DNA of 64,000 nt, from NCBI GenBank assembly GCA_964252035.1, contig OZ176201.1; one strand, written 5' to 3'. Position 1 is the stretch's first letter, and each line of letters starts with the position of its first letter. Under the pieces are notes generated by a model. It was given only the letters and a program-made list of their open reading frames with translations. It made no database searches and was not told the origin of the DNA. The translations under genes were made by a program, and so were the position numbers. This DNA comes from Podarcis erhardii. Lineage: Eukaryota. Below, one piece after another: positions 25,497 through 38,687 of this stretch.

Positions 25497-26178
25497 TAAA
25501 TTTATATACCGCCCTTGATCCGCAGATCTCAGGGTGGTTCACAACATAAAATTACACAAAACCACAAAACACATAGTAAAAATAAGAAAAAGAAACCAAT
25601 AATCCCCCCTCCCATAGCACATTTAAAAGGGCATTGTATGTCAATCAGCCCAAGGCTCGGTTGAAGAGAAACATTTTTACCTGCCACCTATAGGTATATA
25701 ATGAAGGCATCAGGCGAGCCTCCCTGGGGAGAACATTCCACAAATGGGGAGCCACTGATGAAAAGGCCTGTTATCTTGTTGCCACTCTCCAGACCTCTTG
25801 TGAAGGAGGCACACAAAGAAGGGCCTCAGAGGATGATCTTAGAGTCTGGGAGGTTCATATGGAGAGAGGCAGTCCTTGAGGTATTTTGGTACTGTGCCAT
25901 TTAAGGCTTTAAAGGTCAAATTCAGCAAAACTAGGCCTGGAAACCAATTGGCAGCCAGTGGAGTCAGGCCAGAATTGGTGTAATATGCTGAAACTGTCTT
26001 GCCCCTGTGAGCAATGTGGTCGCCAAATCCTGTGCTAGTTAAAGTTTCCAAACCATCTTCAGAGCCAGTCCTATGTATAACATGCTGCAATAATATAACC
26101 TAGAGGTTACCAGATCATACACAACAGCAGTTAGGCTGTTCCTGTCCAGATACAGCTGTAGCTGGGCCACCATGCAGA
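25497..26178 (-). mobile_element. L2 LINE 3' portion filling most of KLHL3 intron 14
   Basis: ORF track 25839..26090 reads LTFKALNGTVPKYLKDCLSPYEPPR (L2 ORF2 C-terminal motif); minus-strand tail gggcggtatataaa. Confidence 0.85.
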
Positions 26179-26532
26179 TGATTTTTGGAGTAACCTTTTA
26201 CTTGCACTGGGACTTATAGAAAGCTCAAGATACACTTGGGGTACTGACTCTTTTCTGACCAGAGACTCTCTTGCCTGTAATGGCCACACAGCAGGTAGAA
26301 TTTAAACAGATGCATCTTTGCCAGATGAACATCAGAGATGGGGAAATACCATCTGCTGGATTTCTGCATGCCAAGCAGTATGACATTAAAGGCCCAGGTT
26401 CCTTTTAGGAGTGAAATTTCTCTACCAGGAAAAAGTGTTGCTAACCCTGCCAAGAATCACAGCAGAGATTTGAGAAATGCAGATTCATCCAGCCCATCCT
26501 TCTGCTTCCACCTGGTTCAATGTACTGCTTAC

Positions 26533-26676
26533 CTGCATAACTTCTTCCAGTGCTCATGTTTGTTGGTAATAATGTCCATTTATCAGTGACAGGATTATAG
26601 TATTCTACAGATGCCAAATTGCAAGAGCCATCATCTCCCCCAACCACATAGAGAAGACCGTTCACTGAACACACAC
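26533..26676 (-). CDS. KLHL3: KLHL3 exon 14 (VCSVNGLLYVVGGDDGSCNLASVEYYNPVTDKWTLLPTNMSTGRSYA-G)
   Basis: ccatag|GT...GCAG|gtaagc; 144 nt; ORF track 26441..26674. Confidence 0.98.
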
Positions 26677-28001
26677 CTATGGAGGAAAAAATGTGTTATT
26701 TTAAGTTTACATGGCTGTGGCATGGCGGGGGAAGGAACTCTAGCATTCAGGCTGGATTCACTCCAGATCCTTCAGGAAGCCCCAAACAAAGTATGAACCA
26801 TCGACACTGAAATTGTGCACTCTAATTGTACTCAGAAATAATATATCATTAATTTTCATAAGCTGTTCTTGTGGCAAGGTGAGAGGTATTTTTATAATAT
26901 TTAGGAATGAGCAAAAAAATAAAAGTCACTCATTATTCCATTCATTTTTGTTAATAAGCACGTAATTTGTTCAATGTTATCACATTCACTTCATAACTCA
27001 CATCAATGAGGGGGTTTAGTGGGGATAGGGGGTTGCTTTGTTTCTTCCTGTCACCTGCGTACAGGCAGTTGCCATTTCCCTTCCCCAGATCACTCCAGTA
27101 TCAAAAAGGATTTGGGGAAAATAACATGAGGGATATTTGGAGATAGCAGCAAGAGGACATCTGGAAAAAAGCATCCCTGAATTTATTATGTATTTGGACA
27201 TCTCTTTAGTTATCGTAACCAAATTTTGCATGGCTGTTTCTGAGATCAAGGAGGTTTCCATCTATGTTTGGATACAATTGTACACCATTTTGAAACAAGA
27301 TGGCAGAATGAACCTTTTTAAAACAGCACTCATTTTAACCACTGATTTAAGAACTACACTGATTTATCTTGTTTCACAGAACTCCTAAGCAATGCCAGTT
27401 ACAAAGCAGCTAGCAACTGGCATATAGATAACAAAGACCTTTTCCTGTTGGAATTTGTTTTGTAACAAATGAAAAATGAACCAAATTGGCTCCATTTGCA
27501 ACCCTGTTTAAAGCACTGAGCACAATTCAAGGACTGGGCAGCAAGAAAAGGGGATTGGGAGCTGTGCAGAGTATAAAAGACTCAGCCTTCTGACCACTGG
27601 AGGTTGTATGAAGTAAATGAAATACCCTTTTATTTATCTATGCTTTCTGATGAAAAAATCTGTTCCATACTTGAATGTTCTCTGTGAAGTCATGAGAGCA
27701 AGAAAAATGTTCTTGTAAAGAAAACAGAGGTTCTGGAATTCATAAACTCTCTCTGCTAAATTCCATATTCCTTGTTACTCACTACAGACACGGATGCATA
27801 AAACACACACACCTTCAAGACTTCCTGTCTTATAAAGTATGGAGATTTAATTTTAAATACCTAGAACAGCAAGATACAGCTTATAAAACTGATGTTTTTG
27901 TTTCAGTATTACTGTAAGCTTCTTTGAAAGGTTGCTTATACCTGAAGGGTAATATATATAAGTGTGCTGTGGTTGCTTAGAGGAAATTACAAAATAAATA
28001 C

Positions 28002-28142
28002 CTGCATTTCTTCTACACATATTCATATCTGCCACTTGTTTCCATGTATTTGTTCCAGGATCATATACTTCCACACTCTTCCTTACCAAAGGGCCATCAT
28101 GTCCCCCAGTAGCATACAGCTGTCCACTAAGTACACCAACAC
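28002..28142 (-). CDS. KLHL3: KLHL3 exon 13 (VGVLSGQLYATGGHDGPLVRKSVEVYDPGTNTWKQVADMNMCRRNA-G)
   Basis: ttgcag|GT...GCAG|gtattt; 141 nt; ORF track 27853..28164. Confidence 0.98.
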
Positions 28143-28677
28143 CTGCAAAACAAGAGGACAGCAACTCTGAGAGCTTCAGAGCACAAGTTACTCCTAAGCG
28201 GCTGTTTCATTCAACAAGCCCATCATAAAAGTGAGCTAAATATTCAATGCAGGAGTTTTCCTCACATGTCCAAACACTGGGATCCCTCACAGAAAGACAA
28301 TTCATACCCTTATAAAGGCCCTTGCAGAGAATGCCTAAGACCCAGGGCAGAAGTCTTGTTAGAATAAAGTTATAAACACAAACAGAAAAGTGGCTGGTCC
28401 CTGGTGGGCCCCCACAGCCAGCTTAGCCCTCCGAGGCCTGGAGCAAGTGTACCTGGCTTGCCCCCAATCCTGCACAGGCCTGCCCTTATACTACGATTAC
28501 AGGCCTAGCATTTGAGAACAGTATGACAATACCGTATCATTAGTCTTATCACACATTGCCAGGAAAGGGGCAACATACATGGTACAATTTTCAAGAGCTC
28601 TTGTAACAAACTTAGGTACTGTTCAGAGATTTAGCTGTGATAACAACACGAGGAGGAAAAACATCACAGTAAGATAC

Positions 28678-28806
28678 CTGCACCACTGCGGCGAGTACTC
28701 ATATCCGACACATATGCCCACTCATTTGTAGCTGGATTATACTGTTCTACAGTACTAAGGCACTGACGTGATGCTCCATCGTAACCACCAACAGCATAGA
28801 GTTTAC
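28678..28806 (-). CDS. KLHL3: KLHL3 exon 12 ([43 protein letters not shown])
   Basis: tttctag|GT...GCAG|gtatct; 129 nt. Confidence 0.97.
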
Positions 28807-30367
28807 CTAGAAAAAATGAATATGCAGCACTGAACATCAACAGGAGCAGTTGGCAATATTAGCACTTCAGAACATTTCATCACTGATCATTTGTACCATG
28901 TCAATTACACAATCCTTTTGTGATAGCCGCCTACTAGCTTGATAAATACCTATATGTATAACATGTTTCAGTTGCCCTTCTTCATGTATAGCAAATGTTC
29001 AGATCAACAAACACTTGCTAAGTGAGATGTTCTCAAGGATAGTTCGCTGCAGAAAGTTGTTCCATTATTTGCCATGTTACAAAACGGGTGAAAATGTACT
29101 TCTCCCTGATCCAGTGCAAATCTCTTTAAAACCCTGCTCTTTCTACCAAAGTTTCATTTGGGGAGAAGATCTTTTCGGCCATCCATATTTAAAAATCCAG
29201 CAAAAAACCTCTGGAAATAGGGAAAACATCATACCAAGCTTCCACAGTGAAATATAGAGAACCATTTAGCAGGGAAAATACTTAGGTAAGGATATTTGGG
29301 ATGACTTCTCTGAGGGCACAGAAAAAAGGAGGTTTAAAATCATTGTCAGAACTTACAGAGTATGAAAAAATTCCCAAATTCCTGACACACCTTGCACATC
29401 TCCCCGCTTCAGAAGATGTGAAACATCTACTTCCCACAAGATGGAGACACAGAGCCACGGAAAAAGCGATTGATAGTCCTTCCAGTTCTCTTCACACTGA
29501 GTGTAACTAAGTAGCTCTCACTCAGTTCATTAAATTTTGTATTGTGAATAATAATTTTATTATTTATACCCCACCCATCTGGGTTTCCACAGCCACTCTG
29601 GTTGGTGGATCATATTGAGTGGCACACGGAAAACCAGTGTAAGGCAGGAGGGGAGAATCTGGGGTCCAGGGACTCAAGGATCCTAAATGGCCCTCAGGAC
29701 TCTTCCTAGGTCACATCTGCTGCTAGCCCTACTCTGCACCCACTTAAAATGCATTTGTCAAGTTGGAATTTTTCTTTAAACTGTGACAATGCCTCTTGCT
29801 TGCCTGGATAGAGAGATATGGGGGTGTAAGAAGAAAAATCTGGAAAGGTAAGGGTGACATCTATTGCCCAACCTACCAGTAGCATACAGCCCCCCTCCCC
29901 CCATAAGATAGTCCATAAGAATGTGGTGCTTGGCATTGGGCTGAAAAATATTCATGACTCCTGGTTTAGGACCTAGGCAGAACTGTGAAATTGACATTGC
30001 TGAAACTTACAGAATTCAGTGATTTTGTGGGTGAGGTATACTCAGCATCAGTGCAGACTAGACAGACTAGGTTTTGTCCCTCCTCCCAGTGCCTTGATAC
30101 CTGCCAGGCCAGATGGCAAAACAGTAAGATAAACTTCCCAACGCAGTAGAGAGGGGGGGACACCCCACAACTTAACAACTAAGCTTGTCTCAATCACTAC
30201 TGTACTCAGCCTGTTCCCATTCAAGATGGGAGAGTGATTTTTGGAACACGAAGTGTAGTCCGACAATGTTAACTGCCTTAATTTTTGGTCTTTAAAAAAG
30301 TTCTTGCTGCTAGGCTATCACACTTAACTGTGCTGCCGCGGCCAATACAGCAGTTTGCTGTCTTTAC

Positions 30368-30469
30368 CTTCCACGACCCCAACTCCAACGCTGCTTCTTC
30401 TTGTGTTCATAGGTGCCACAAAAAACCACTCATTGGTCTTATAGTTATATGCTTCCACAGATGCAAGAC
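30368..30469 (-). CDS. KLHL3: KLHL3 exon 11 (LASVEAYNYKTNEWFFVAPMNTRRSSVGVGVVE-G)
   Basis: aaatag|GT...GAAG|gtaaag; 102 nt; keeps the RRSS motif containing the human S433 phosphorylation site. Confidence 0.97.
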
Positions 30470-30987
30470 CTATTTTTGAAAATAATATTAAGGCAAGTTT
30501 TCTACATCCTTAATTTAGCAGAGTATAATCCCTCCTTTGTCACAGTTACCATCCTGACTTAATTTTTCCAGGCAATACTCTTGTCTTAATCTTTCCAAGA
30601 CAAAAAGGGGAAAGGATGCAGGTTGAGACTACTTCAGGATCAGGAACTGGACACTAAACCCAATACTAATAAATTGCACTGAGAATCTGTATCTCAAAAT
30701 ACCACCCCAGTTCTCATCACTTGTGATTACTCAACAACCATGCACTGAAAAAACGACTGGGAAGTGCAACCCACCCAAGAATTTCTTCCATCCACTGCAG
30801 AAAACTACACCAGACATAATAAAACAGGTTGTAACAGAGGTTTTTGCTTTGTTGTTTTATAAAGAAGAAGATTTGAAATGGCGCATCAGGAGCACTGAAT
30901 TCAAAGGAAGTTCTACAGTTCTTGTAAAGTGCTTAAGAGCGAAGATATGAACAGCATTCACTCAGTTTTGTTTGTTTAGCAACCTAC

Positions 30988-31185
30988 CTGTGCTTCCATC
31001 AAATCCACCAACAGCATAGAGGAGTTCATTTAGTACAGCTGCCCCTAAAGTGCTTCGTCTTTCTTGCATGCTGGCTATTGATGTCCACAAGTCTTTCACT
31101 CCATCATATACATCTACTGTTCGGACTCGTAAAGAGCCATTAAAACCTCCCACAGCATAGACTTTGCCTGCCATGAATACCACCC
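30988..31185 (-). CDS. KLHL3: KLHL3 exon 10 (Kelch 2-3: VVFMAGKVYAVGGFNGSLRVRTVDVYDGVKDLWTSIASMQERRSTLGAAVLNELLYAVGGFDGST-G)
   Basis: ttaacag|GG...ACAG|gtaggt; 198 nt; ORF track 30962..31243. Confidence 0.98.
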
Positions 31186-31737
31186 CTGTTAAAAACAAAT
31201 TGGGAGACAGAAAAATGGAAGGCAGGTCATGCCTATAGGACAATTATTTTCTTTCTCTTTTTCCTACCAGAATTTCAGGAAGGTCACCAAGCAATATTAC
31301 AGTACGGTGACAACTACATATGGAACCTGTAAAGTTTGAATGCTGCTTGTTTCATGAATCAAGTCTATGAGAGGGTAAGCCTGGCATTGGCATGGAATCG
31401 CTCTATTCAATAGGTCTTATCCATGGGAAAAGCAAGCTTTCAAATGTTATGGCCTCATATGGCACCATTACCACAGTGAAGCATTTCACACATTACATAA
31501 AAAATGCTGAGTTTGCCAACAAATGTACGCTCAAACAAGGGGAATAGAGCACAATATCTGAAATCACGTTTGTTGCACTCATGCTATGTATGTTCAGCTT
31601 ACACAAAAGTATTGATATGAAATGGCTCTTGCTGGCTGCTGAAGTACATGAGACTGTTATTACTGGGTGGAATTCAACAGAACGCTGAGGAGATTGTTCT
31701 ATCAAAACAAGCCTAACTGCCTGCCAGACACAACTAA

Positions 31738-31910
31738 CATAGCAAAAGCTGCCGAGAGATCAAGCAGAATCAATGGGGTTGCACTGCCCCTGTCTCTCTC
31801 CCGACAAAGGCCATCATACAGGGTGACAGAGGTATGTTCCATGCCAAAACCAGGCCTAAACACCAACTGAAATGGATCTAGAAAATCAGTCTCATCCAAG
31901 AGAGCCTGGA
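31738..31910 (-). mobile_element. L2-clade RT internal fragment (intron 9)
   Basis: DFLDPFQLVFRPGFGMEHTSVTLYDGLCRERDRGSATPLILLDLSAAF matches the L2/CR1-group RT motif QSGFRP..TETAL..LLDLSAAFD. Confidence 0.88.
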
Positions 31911-32044
31911 TCTGTTAACAGAGAAGGGCTAACTCTAATGTTTTACTGTATAGCCTGAAATTCAACTGAATATATAAAATCTGTCCTAAATAATTTTTTG
32001 TGATTATGACTGAGGCTATTTTTTTTAATAGGGAAAATATTTAC

Positions 32045-32162
32045 CTGCTCTACATCTCCGAGAAGGAAGTTCAGCAACTTGATCCCATCGCTCCTCCTCA
32101 AAATCATAACACTCTACACTCCGAATGGCTTTAGGTGCTTGCCCACCAACCACCATCATTAC
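32045..32162 (-). CDS. KLHL3: KLHL3 exon 9 (Kelch 1: VMMVVGGQAPKAIRSVECYDFEEERWDQVAELPSRRCRA-G)
   Basis: ctaccaag|GTA...GCAG|gtaaat; 118 nt. Confidence 0.97.
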
Positions 32163-32672
32163 CTTGGTAGGAAGGGAGAAAAGTTATCATGAGAGCATTT
32201 TCAACAGCAAACAGAAATCCTTGATCTTATTTGGGGCCTTAAATGGTAATAGGACACCATCAGCTATGTGAGAACTCACCCAAGAAAAAAAAGCAAAGTT
32301 TACTTCAGATGCATGAGAAGTTGGCATTTGAATGATATTGAACTTGAAAGTACAGTCAATACATTATTGGATAAAATACTGATTGAAGCCTTTGGGCAAA
32401 GACTATGTACTCTAGCTTTCACAGATTATCTAGCTTCCTTTGCAAAAGGTAATTAGTTCAGATCCCAGAAGAGCTACATTTTAATAAAAGCATGTGATAA
32501 CAGCCTAGCAATGATATGAAAATTCTAAGAACAATGGAAACGATGATGGTGCTTAGTATCCAGAGAGACTAGTTTTAACAAAGGGAGATTATAATTCCCA
32601 TGATAATGGGGGGCAGGGGGGAATTACTTGAACAAGCATTTAATGGCTCTGTGTTTGCTTAGATTATACATA

Positions 32673-33159
32673 CAGTGCTTTTTTTCTTAAAAAATGTTTA
32701 GGGGTACAGTGGTGCCCCGCAAGACGAATGCCTCGCAAGACGGAAAACCCGCTAGACGAAAGGGTTTTCCGTTTTGGAGGCGCTTCGCAAAACGAATTTC
32801 CCTATGGGCTTGCTTCGCAAGACGAAAATGTCTTGCGAGTTCCTGCGGGTTTTTTCTTCCTTTTCCCCCCTTTTTCTAAGCCGCTAAGCTGCTTATCAGC
32901 TGATCCGATAAGCCGCTAAGCCGCTAAAAGCCGCTAATAGCGCTAATCTGCTAAGCCGTCAATGGGCTTGCTTCGCAAGACGAAAAAACCGCTAGACGAA
33001 GAGACTCGCGGAACGGATTAATTTCGTCTTGCGAGGCACCACTGTACTCTCATTTTCCTACTCATATTGAAATACTGCCCCTCAATGAGGCCAAACTTAG
33101 ATCCATAAAATGTTTAGGCATATGCATAACCCTGCGTCCCCACAGGCAAAAAAGCACTG
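32673..33159. mobile_element. hAT-type MITE (same family as 13420) interrupted by a mariner MITE
   Basis: TIRs CAGTGCTTTTTT / AAAAAAGCACTG; 8-bp TSD tatacata / tatacaca; the joined halves are the reverse complement of 13420-13554. Confidence 0.85.
32707..33044. mobile_element. Tc1/mariner (Tigger-like) MITE, young
   Basis: TIRs CAGTGGTGCCCCGCAAGACGAA / TTCGTCTTGCGAGGCACCACTG, TA TSD, abundant intact CpGs, internal (TAAGCCGC)-like repeats. Confidence 0.92.
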
Positions 33160-33926
33160 TATACACACCCACACCCACACACTGTGTATGCGTGCATAAA
33201 CCTAGCTGCATTCAAAATGGCAAAGTTTTCAAAACACATGCACATACTAAAACCATAGTGCTCCTTTACTGGCTGTTTGCTTTGGGTACCACTTTAACCC
33301 AACATCCCAACACCATCTGGGATATAACAACACACAACAACAGAGCAACCTTTCCCTTTTTGCTTCCTTTGCACCATGAAAATCACACAATGCCTCTGAC
33401 TGGCATTTCTCCATGCAGTAGTATGGCAGAGCCAAGTTTATGGAACAGTGGCTGATTGCAATGGGTTTTGAAGCAGCTTTAATAGAAAAACTAGAATAGC
33501 AGTAGCAGTAGTTGTCAAAACATGAAACCGCAACGTTGCTCTGTTTGGTAAGAAATTCTTCTAGCAATGGTGTAAGAGGACTGTTGGTTTGCTAATAAAC
33601 TTCTTCCACGGGTTGATTCACATATGCCCCAGTCAAAAAACAAAAACAAAACATGTACCACCATTACCACCTATAGGAACTTCAGCAAAGTTGAACCATT
33701 TACCCATGTCAAAGTGGGAAGTCTCTTTCCAACATGCTGACAATTTAATGGACATTCATGTGTGCAAAAGGGCGATCAACACTGTGTGCAGATATGTCTG
33801 CAAACACCCAATCCTCCTTCAAGGGGGAATGATCATGCAATTCTAACCACTGTGCATATGGCCATCCATGTAAAGGGGGCATGTGACCACCATCTTGGGT
33901 ATTTCAGCAAGAAAAAAATAGCTTAC

Positions 33927-34076
33927 CTTTGGCAGACTGACTGGGGTCCTTGGTTTTGTTCTAGGATTCTTTATCAACTGCCGTTGATCCAGAGGAAGCA
34001 AGTGGTATTTCATGGCCTCAATAAGGAAATCTTTACATGTGTTATTGTTCTTGATTAAAGCTTCTTCTTCAACTGT
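33927..34076 (-). CDS. KLHL3: KLHL3 exon 8 (TVEEEALIKNNNTCKDFLIEAMKYHLLPLDQRQLIKNPRTKPRTPVSLPK)
   Basis: cttcag|ACA...AAG|gtaagc; 150 nt. Confidence 0.97.
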
Positions 34077-34438
34077 CTGAAGACACCAACAAAGATATTA
34101 GTACAATGACTATTATCAGACTTCTTAAAAAGTGTCACTAGCAGGCCGGTGTAATGCTCATTCATGATTTCAGTGTAGCAGTAGAAATAAAAACCCCAAA
34201 CTGCTTCTTCCACATCATTATCCCATTCCCCTATTTCACTCACTACAATATTATCTACTTCAACTGTGCAGTAATGTTTGTGTTCTGTTAAACTGTGCAA
34301 GCTTAGTATAAATGTTTTGATTAGTGCATAACTACAGCAATCCCATCTTAAAATATTTACAACACTACTTAATACAAGCTCCAGAAGACAAGGAACTATG
34401 AGATCTTATAACTTGGGAGACAAAAGCTTTGAGATATA

Positions 34439-34451
34439 ACACACACACACA

Positions 34452-34482
<31 letters not shown>
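34439..34482. repeat. Compound (CA)n(CT)n(CA)n microsatellite
   Basis: Read directly from the sequence. Confidence 0.9.
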
Positions 34483-34483
<1 letters not shown>

Positions 34484-35245
34484 CCACAGTGGCAGCAATC
34501 CAAAACCTCACATGTTTGGGGCTCAAGTCACAATCCAGAAAAGACAGAGCTCCACAAATGCATAGGGCTCCTTCTCCTTTAGAAGTCAACAATGCAAAAG
34601 GCTGTGTTTTGAATGTTCAGCTGCATAATTGAACTGTGACTAAGATTAATTTGCACTAGCAGTTCCAGACATGGTATTTTAAGGAATCAAAACATTCACA
34701 CAACTTCAGAAACCAACAGTAATGAAACGACAAGGAGATATGTATGCTTGTGTGTCAGCAGCTCCAATCCCCAGGTTCTTTTTAAAAATTTGGAATCTTT
34801 TTTTAAAAGAAAAAAAACCACAGTTCTGTGAAAAGAAAAGCTTGGAAGTAACTATAGTGCGCATGTAGATACTAAACAAAGAGAATGGCCATCTTCGCAT
34901 AAACTGGCAGTACTTTTCTCCAGTGCTTCCCCACTTAATCTATCAGTGAAGAAAGCTCAACAATGTATCTGCTAAAGACAAATACCCCAAATTTCTGTAT
35001 TATCAGGACACAAAAGTGACAGCTTTACACTGCACCAGTTTTTATGGACAAGGTTAGCTCTCATTCTCTGCCCAGCAGAACCTTCAAGTGAAAAGGAGAT
35101 TCAGAACATGTTTATCTGCTAGGATGGCACACACATAATTATGAAGGCTATCCAAGGTTCTTTTGATTGATGGCAAGCCACAAACAAGCAGCCCAAGCGT
35201 ATATTATTAAATTTTTAGTGCTGTAGATACTAGAAGAACACTAAC

Positions 35246-35362
35246 CTGTACAAGGTAATCTCTGGGCAAGAGAGGGAGGCGGACATGTTCCATCAACTTA
35301 GCCATGTGTTCCAAGCGAGACTCTTTCTCATAATTTATCCAAGAAATGACAGCTTCAAACAC
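35246..35362 (-). CDS. KLHL3: KLHL3 exon 7 (BACK: VFEAVISWINYEKESRLEHMAKLMEHVRLPLLPRDYLVQ)
   Basis: gccag|GTG...CAG|gttagt; 117 nt. Confidence 0.97.
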
Positions 35363-36912
35363 CTGGCAAGAGCAATAAAACACCTATCTTTTAAAAAGGA
35401 CATAAACCGTTAAATATAACCTCAAGCAGAGGTTCAGCAAGTAATGAAATAGGCTTGGAAAAACCAACTAAAGGTATTTTCAAAAGCAAGAAGATATGAT
35501 AAAAAGATGGATTTAAAAAGAATCAAAATTGGCTTATTTTATTGTGATTGTATGATTTTATGCATTCTGAAGGGTCCAACAAACTCTGTATTAAATGTCT
35601 ACTGTACAATCCCGACCACAAAGACTATCTAATGCCATGAATATAAGTACTGCACAACTTAAATGCTGGCTTTTGTTGAGCTCAGTCCAATGCCCGACAA
35701 CTTGAAATATGTGTTTCAATGGGAGTCTTTCAATGACATGAACCTCCCAACTGAAAACATTTATGACACTCATGGGCATGAGAAGGAACATTCTCATAAG
35801 AAAGGATGTTCTGATGACTTACTATGTAATGGAACGCATAGGCCAGCTGGGACTTTTGGACTTAAGTGGTGATGGCATTTGTGCACATTGTGCACATTGG
35901 CACTTTTTAAAAACCGTATCGTCTGGCCAATGTAAATTAGGGATGGGGCATTAAATTTAAAGTGGCGCTAATTGCATTCTATTCAGCTTGCTGTACTATC
36001 TACAGAAGGTTAATTAATTGCTCATTTAACTCTGTTTTAGAATTGGGAACTTTGACCTGTGTGTCTTCTCACCCCTTCAACTTAATTAGTGGCTGCTGAA
36101 GAACTGTCCTTCCTTTCCCCACTGCACAAGATACTTAGCTCCATTTAGGTGCTCTGTGACTTCATCTGCATGAAATCTTTCCTTAGGGTACAACAGTCCT
36201 AACCTTGCTGGGTTACCAGATATCACATTCCTTTAATTTACACATTTAACCCTTTCCAGAATTCCACCTTTGCTCTTGACCACAAGAAGCAGAGGCTTTT
36301 AATCACAAATATGTACAAATTAAAGCTAATATATCACGGGGCAAATTTAATTTGGAACAAGCTATTAAAAGGACAGATTTTATTTTATTTTTAAGAAGTA
36401 CCATACTCACTTCATTTTAAACTATTGCTCAGTTTGCTGTTTTTCACTTGCACCAGAGTTATACTAAAGGCAGGTGATTCAGTCCTGCTGAACTGTAACC
36501 TGCCTGGAAACCATATGCGAGCTCTTTGAAAAGAGATCAGTGTGCAAGTGAAATAATAAAATAAACATTTAAAACTATTTCCGAAATCATTAAAAATAGA
36601 CTGGAAGGAAAGAGACTTTTATTTTTATTTTACTTCTGACACTGAAACTTTGTCTGTATAATAGCAAGCTAATACAACACAGTTCACTGTAAGACATCTT
36701 GTGTGTCTATACAAGACTTGTTCCCTGCACAGGAACCCATATAAATGACTGTGGTTTATTGGAAATAAAACAAAACACAGTCTGTGGCTGGGATGTAAAA
36801 CTAAGCCACTAAACATTCTTATGTGGGATAGGACTAAGCCATTTAGCATATGGGAAGGGGCCAATGTATACAGCAGCCCTCATTGCTTACCTCCAAATAA
36901 GAGTGATCAATA

Positions 36913-37143
36913 CAGTGGTACCTCTGATTACGAATTTAATGCGTTCTGGAGGTCTGTTCTTAACCTGAAACCGTTAGCCTGAGGTACCACTTTAGGTAAT
37001 GGGGCCTTCTGCTGCTGCCGCTGTGCGATTTCTGTTCTCATCCTGAGGTAAAGTCCTTAACCCGAGGTACTACTTCCGGGTTAGCGGAATCTGTAGCCTG
37101 AACTGTTTGTAACCTGAGGTGTTTGTAGCCCGAGGTACCACTG
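36913..37143 (-). mobile_element. Tc1/mariner (Tigger-like) MITE, same family as 11166
   Basis: TA|CAGTGGTACCTC...GAGGTACCACTG|TA; the interior is the reverse complement of 11166-11396. Confidence 0.9.
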
Positions 37144-37261
37144 TATCAGAAAGTTTAAGTAATCACATAAAGTTTATTTAACTATGCTTAAAATGCTTTT
37201 TCCTATAGACCCCTGAGTGACAGGTGGTTCAGGATGCTTGTTTGACTGTCTTGATCCAAGA

Positions 37262-37387
37262 CAGCAGTTTCTAAACCAGGAACCCTCCAGATACTGCTGG
37301 GTTCCCATCAGCCCCAGCCAGCACAGCCAATGGTCAACGGGAGACATAGTCTAACAACATCTGGAGGCCACAGGTTCTCCACTGTTG
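37262..37387. mobile_element. hAT/Charlie-like short MITE
   Basis: ccctccagatac...aacatctggagg palindrome; followed by ctctagat (Charlie-type NTCTAGAN target). Confidence 0.65.
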
Positions 37388-37565
37388 CTCTAGATACACA
37401 CAGTTCCCCCAATGAAGCGCCACCTTAAATGTTATTAAAATGTGTCTATTACTGGAAATATTGGGGACTATCTGCTTCTAGTGCCCATGTATTTTGTCAT
37501 TCTTTTGCTGAAAACACTGCGATATTGTTATATTTCTGCATTACAGACTGTGCAGCAGGCCAAAC

Positions 37566-37675
37566 CTTTTCTTCTGATGAAACGGTTAGCTTGTCACTTG
37601 ATATCAAACTGCAAACTTGGTCTAGGCTAAGGCTAAGGAATTCTTCACCAAGCATCACCTCAGGAAAATGCTGCT
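37566..37675 (-). CDS. KLHL3: KLHL3 exon 6 (BACK: QHFPEVMLGEEFLSLSLDQVCSLISSDKLTVSSEEK)
   Basis: aacag|AG...AAG|gtttgg; 110 nt. Confidence 0.97.
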
Positions 37676-38687
37676 CTGTTCAAAACAACCAAAAGTTGAG
37701 AAAATGAAGGTTACAATGAGTCTAAAGAAGGGACTAGTAGAAGCAGTAAATTATATTGCAATTTTATGTTGTGAAATAATAATAAGAAGAAGAAGAATGA
37801 CATAGCCTGCACAGAATTACCACAAGCAAGGAAAGAGGGACAACTCCACAGCCACAGTCTGCTGTTGTGCACATGAATCTCCGTATTCAAAAACAACAAG
37901 CCCATACCTTGGGGTACCGCACATACATTGCTTGCCAAAGGTCCTGTCTGAAACATTCCTGTCTGAAACACTGCTGTCATAAGTGTTTGCAATTCTGTTA
38001 TATGGACCAGTGGCCCTGGCTCAGTATAAAGCAGCTTTCCTATGGGCAGAAGCAATCAGAGTTGCCTGTAATAGCCTGGGAAGTTGCCTGCTACAGAGGT
38101 GGAGTTCTCTATTAGCTACTGAAATGTCATCCCTGTATTTGCCAGCAGGTGGCCCTTGCAGAAAGAGATCTCAGCCAAACCATGCACAATACACTGGTCT
38201 ACAGGCCACCCTTTAGGGTAGAAATGTAGGAGTGCGATAATAAATTTGCAAAGGCAGAAATTTACACTTAGCAGGCCCATGTCATGTGCTTTAAGTCACT
38301 TTTTCAAAGGCGATTTTTTTTCCTAGTAAGTGACCTCATCTGCTCCCTCTTACTCACTTTTAACATGCAGATGTTTTGTTTGACCCAGTTAATGTATAGC
38401 CAAAGAACTTGGATAGCATTTTTTGAATGACTTTTCATTAACATTACATAAGATTCTGAAGTAAAAGGGTTCATGAAGGCCAATAATACAACAAAAGCAG
38501 CTCTTATAATTACCCAACAGCCAATCTAAACTGAATGCAATACTTGCCTGGTTAAAGATTAAACAATTTTAAAAACCAAACCTTGAAGAGTGAGCCATTT
38601 GTCCCAGACACCAGTTTCTCCTTTGCTTATTATGCTACAAGCAAGTGACTGAAAAGGTTTCATCTGGATTTGCAAGTAATTTGATTC

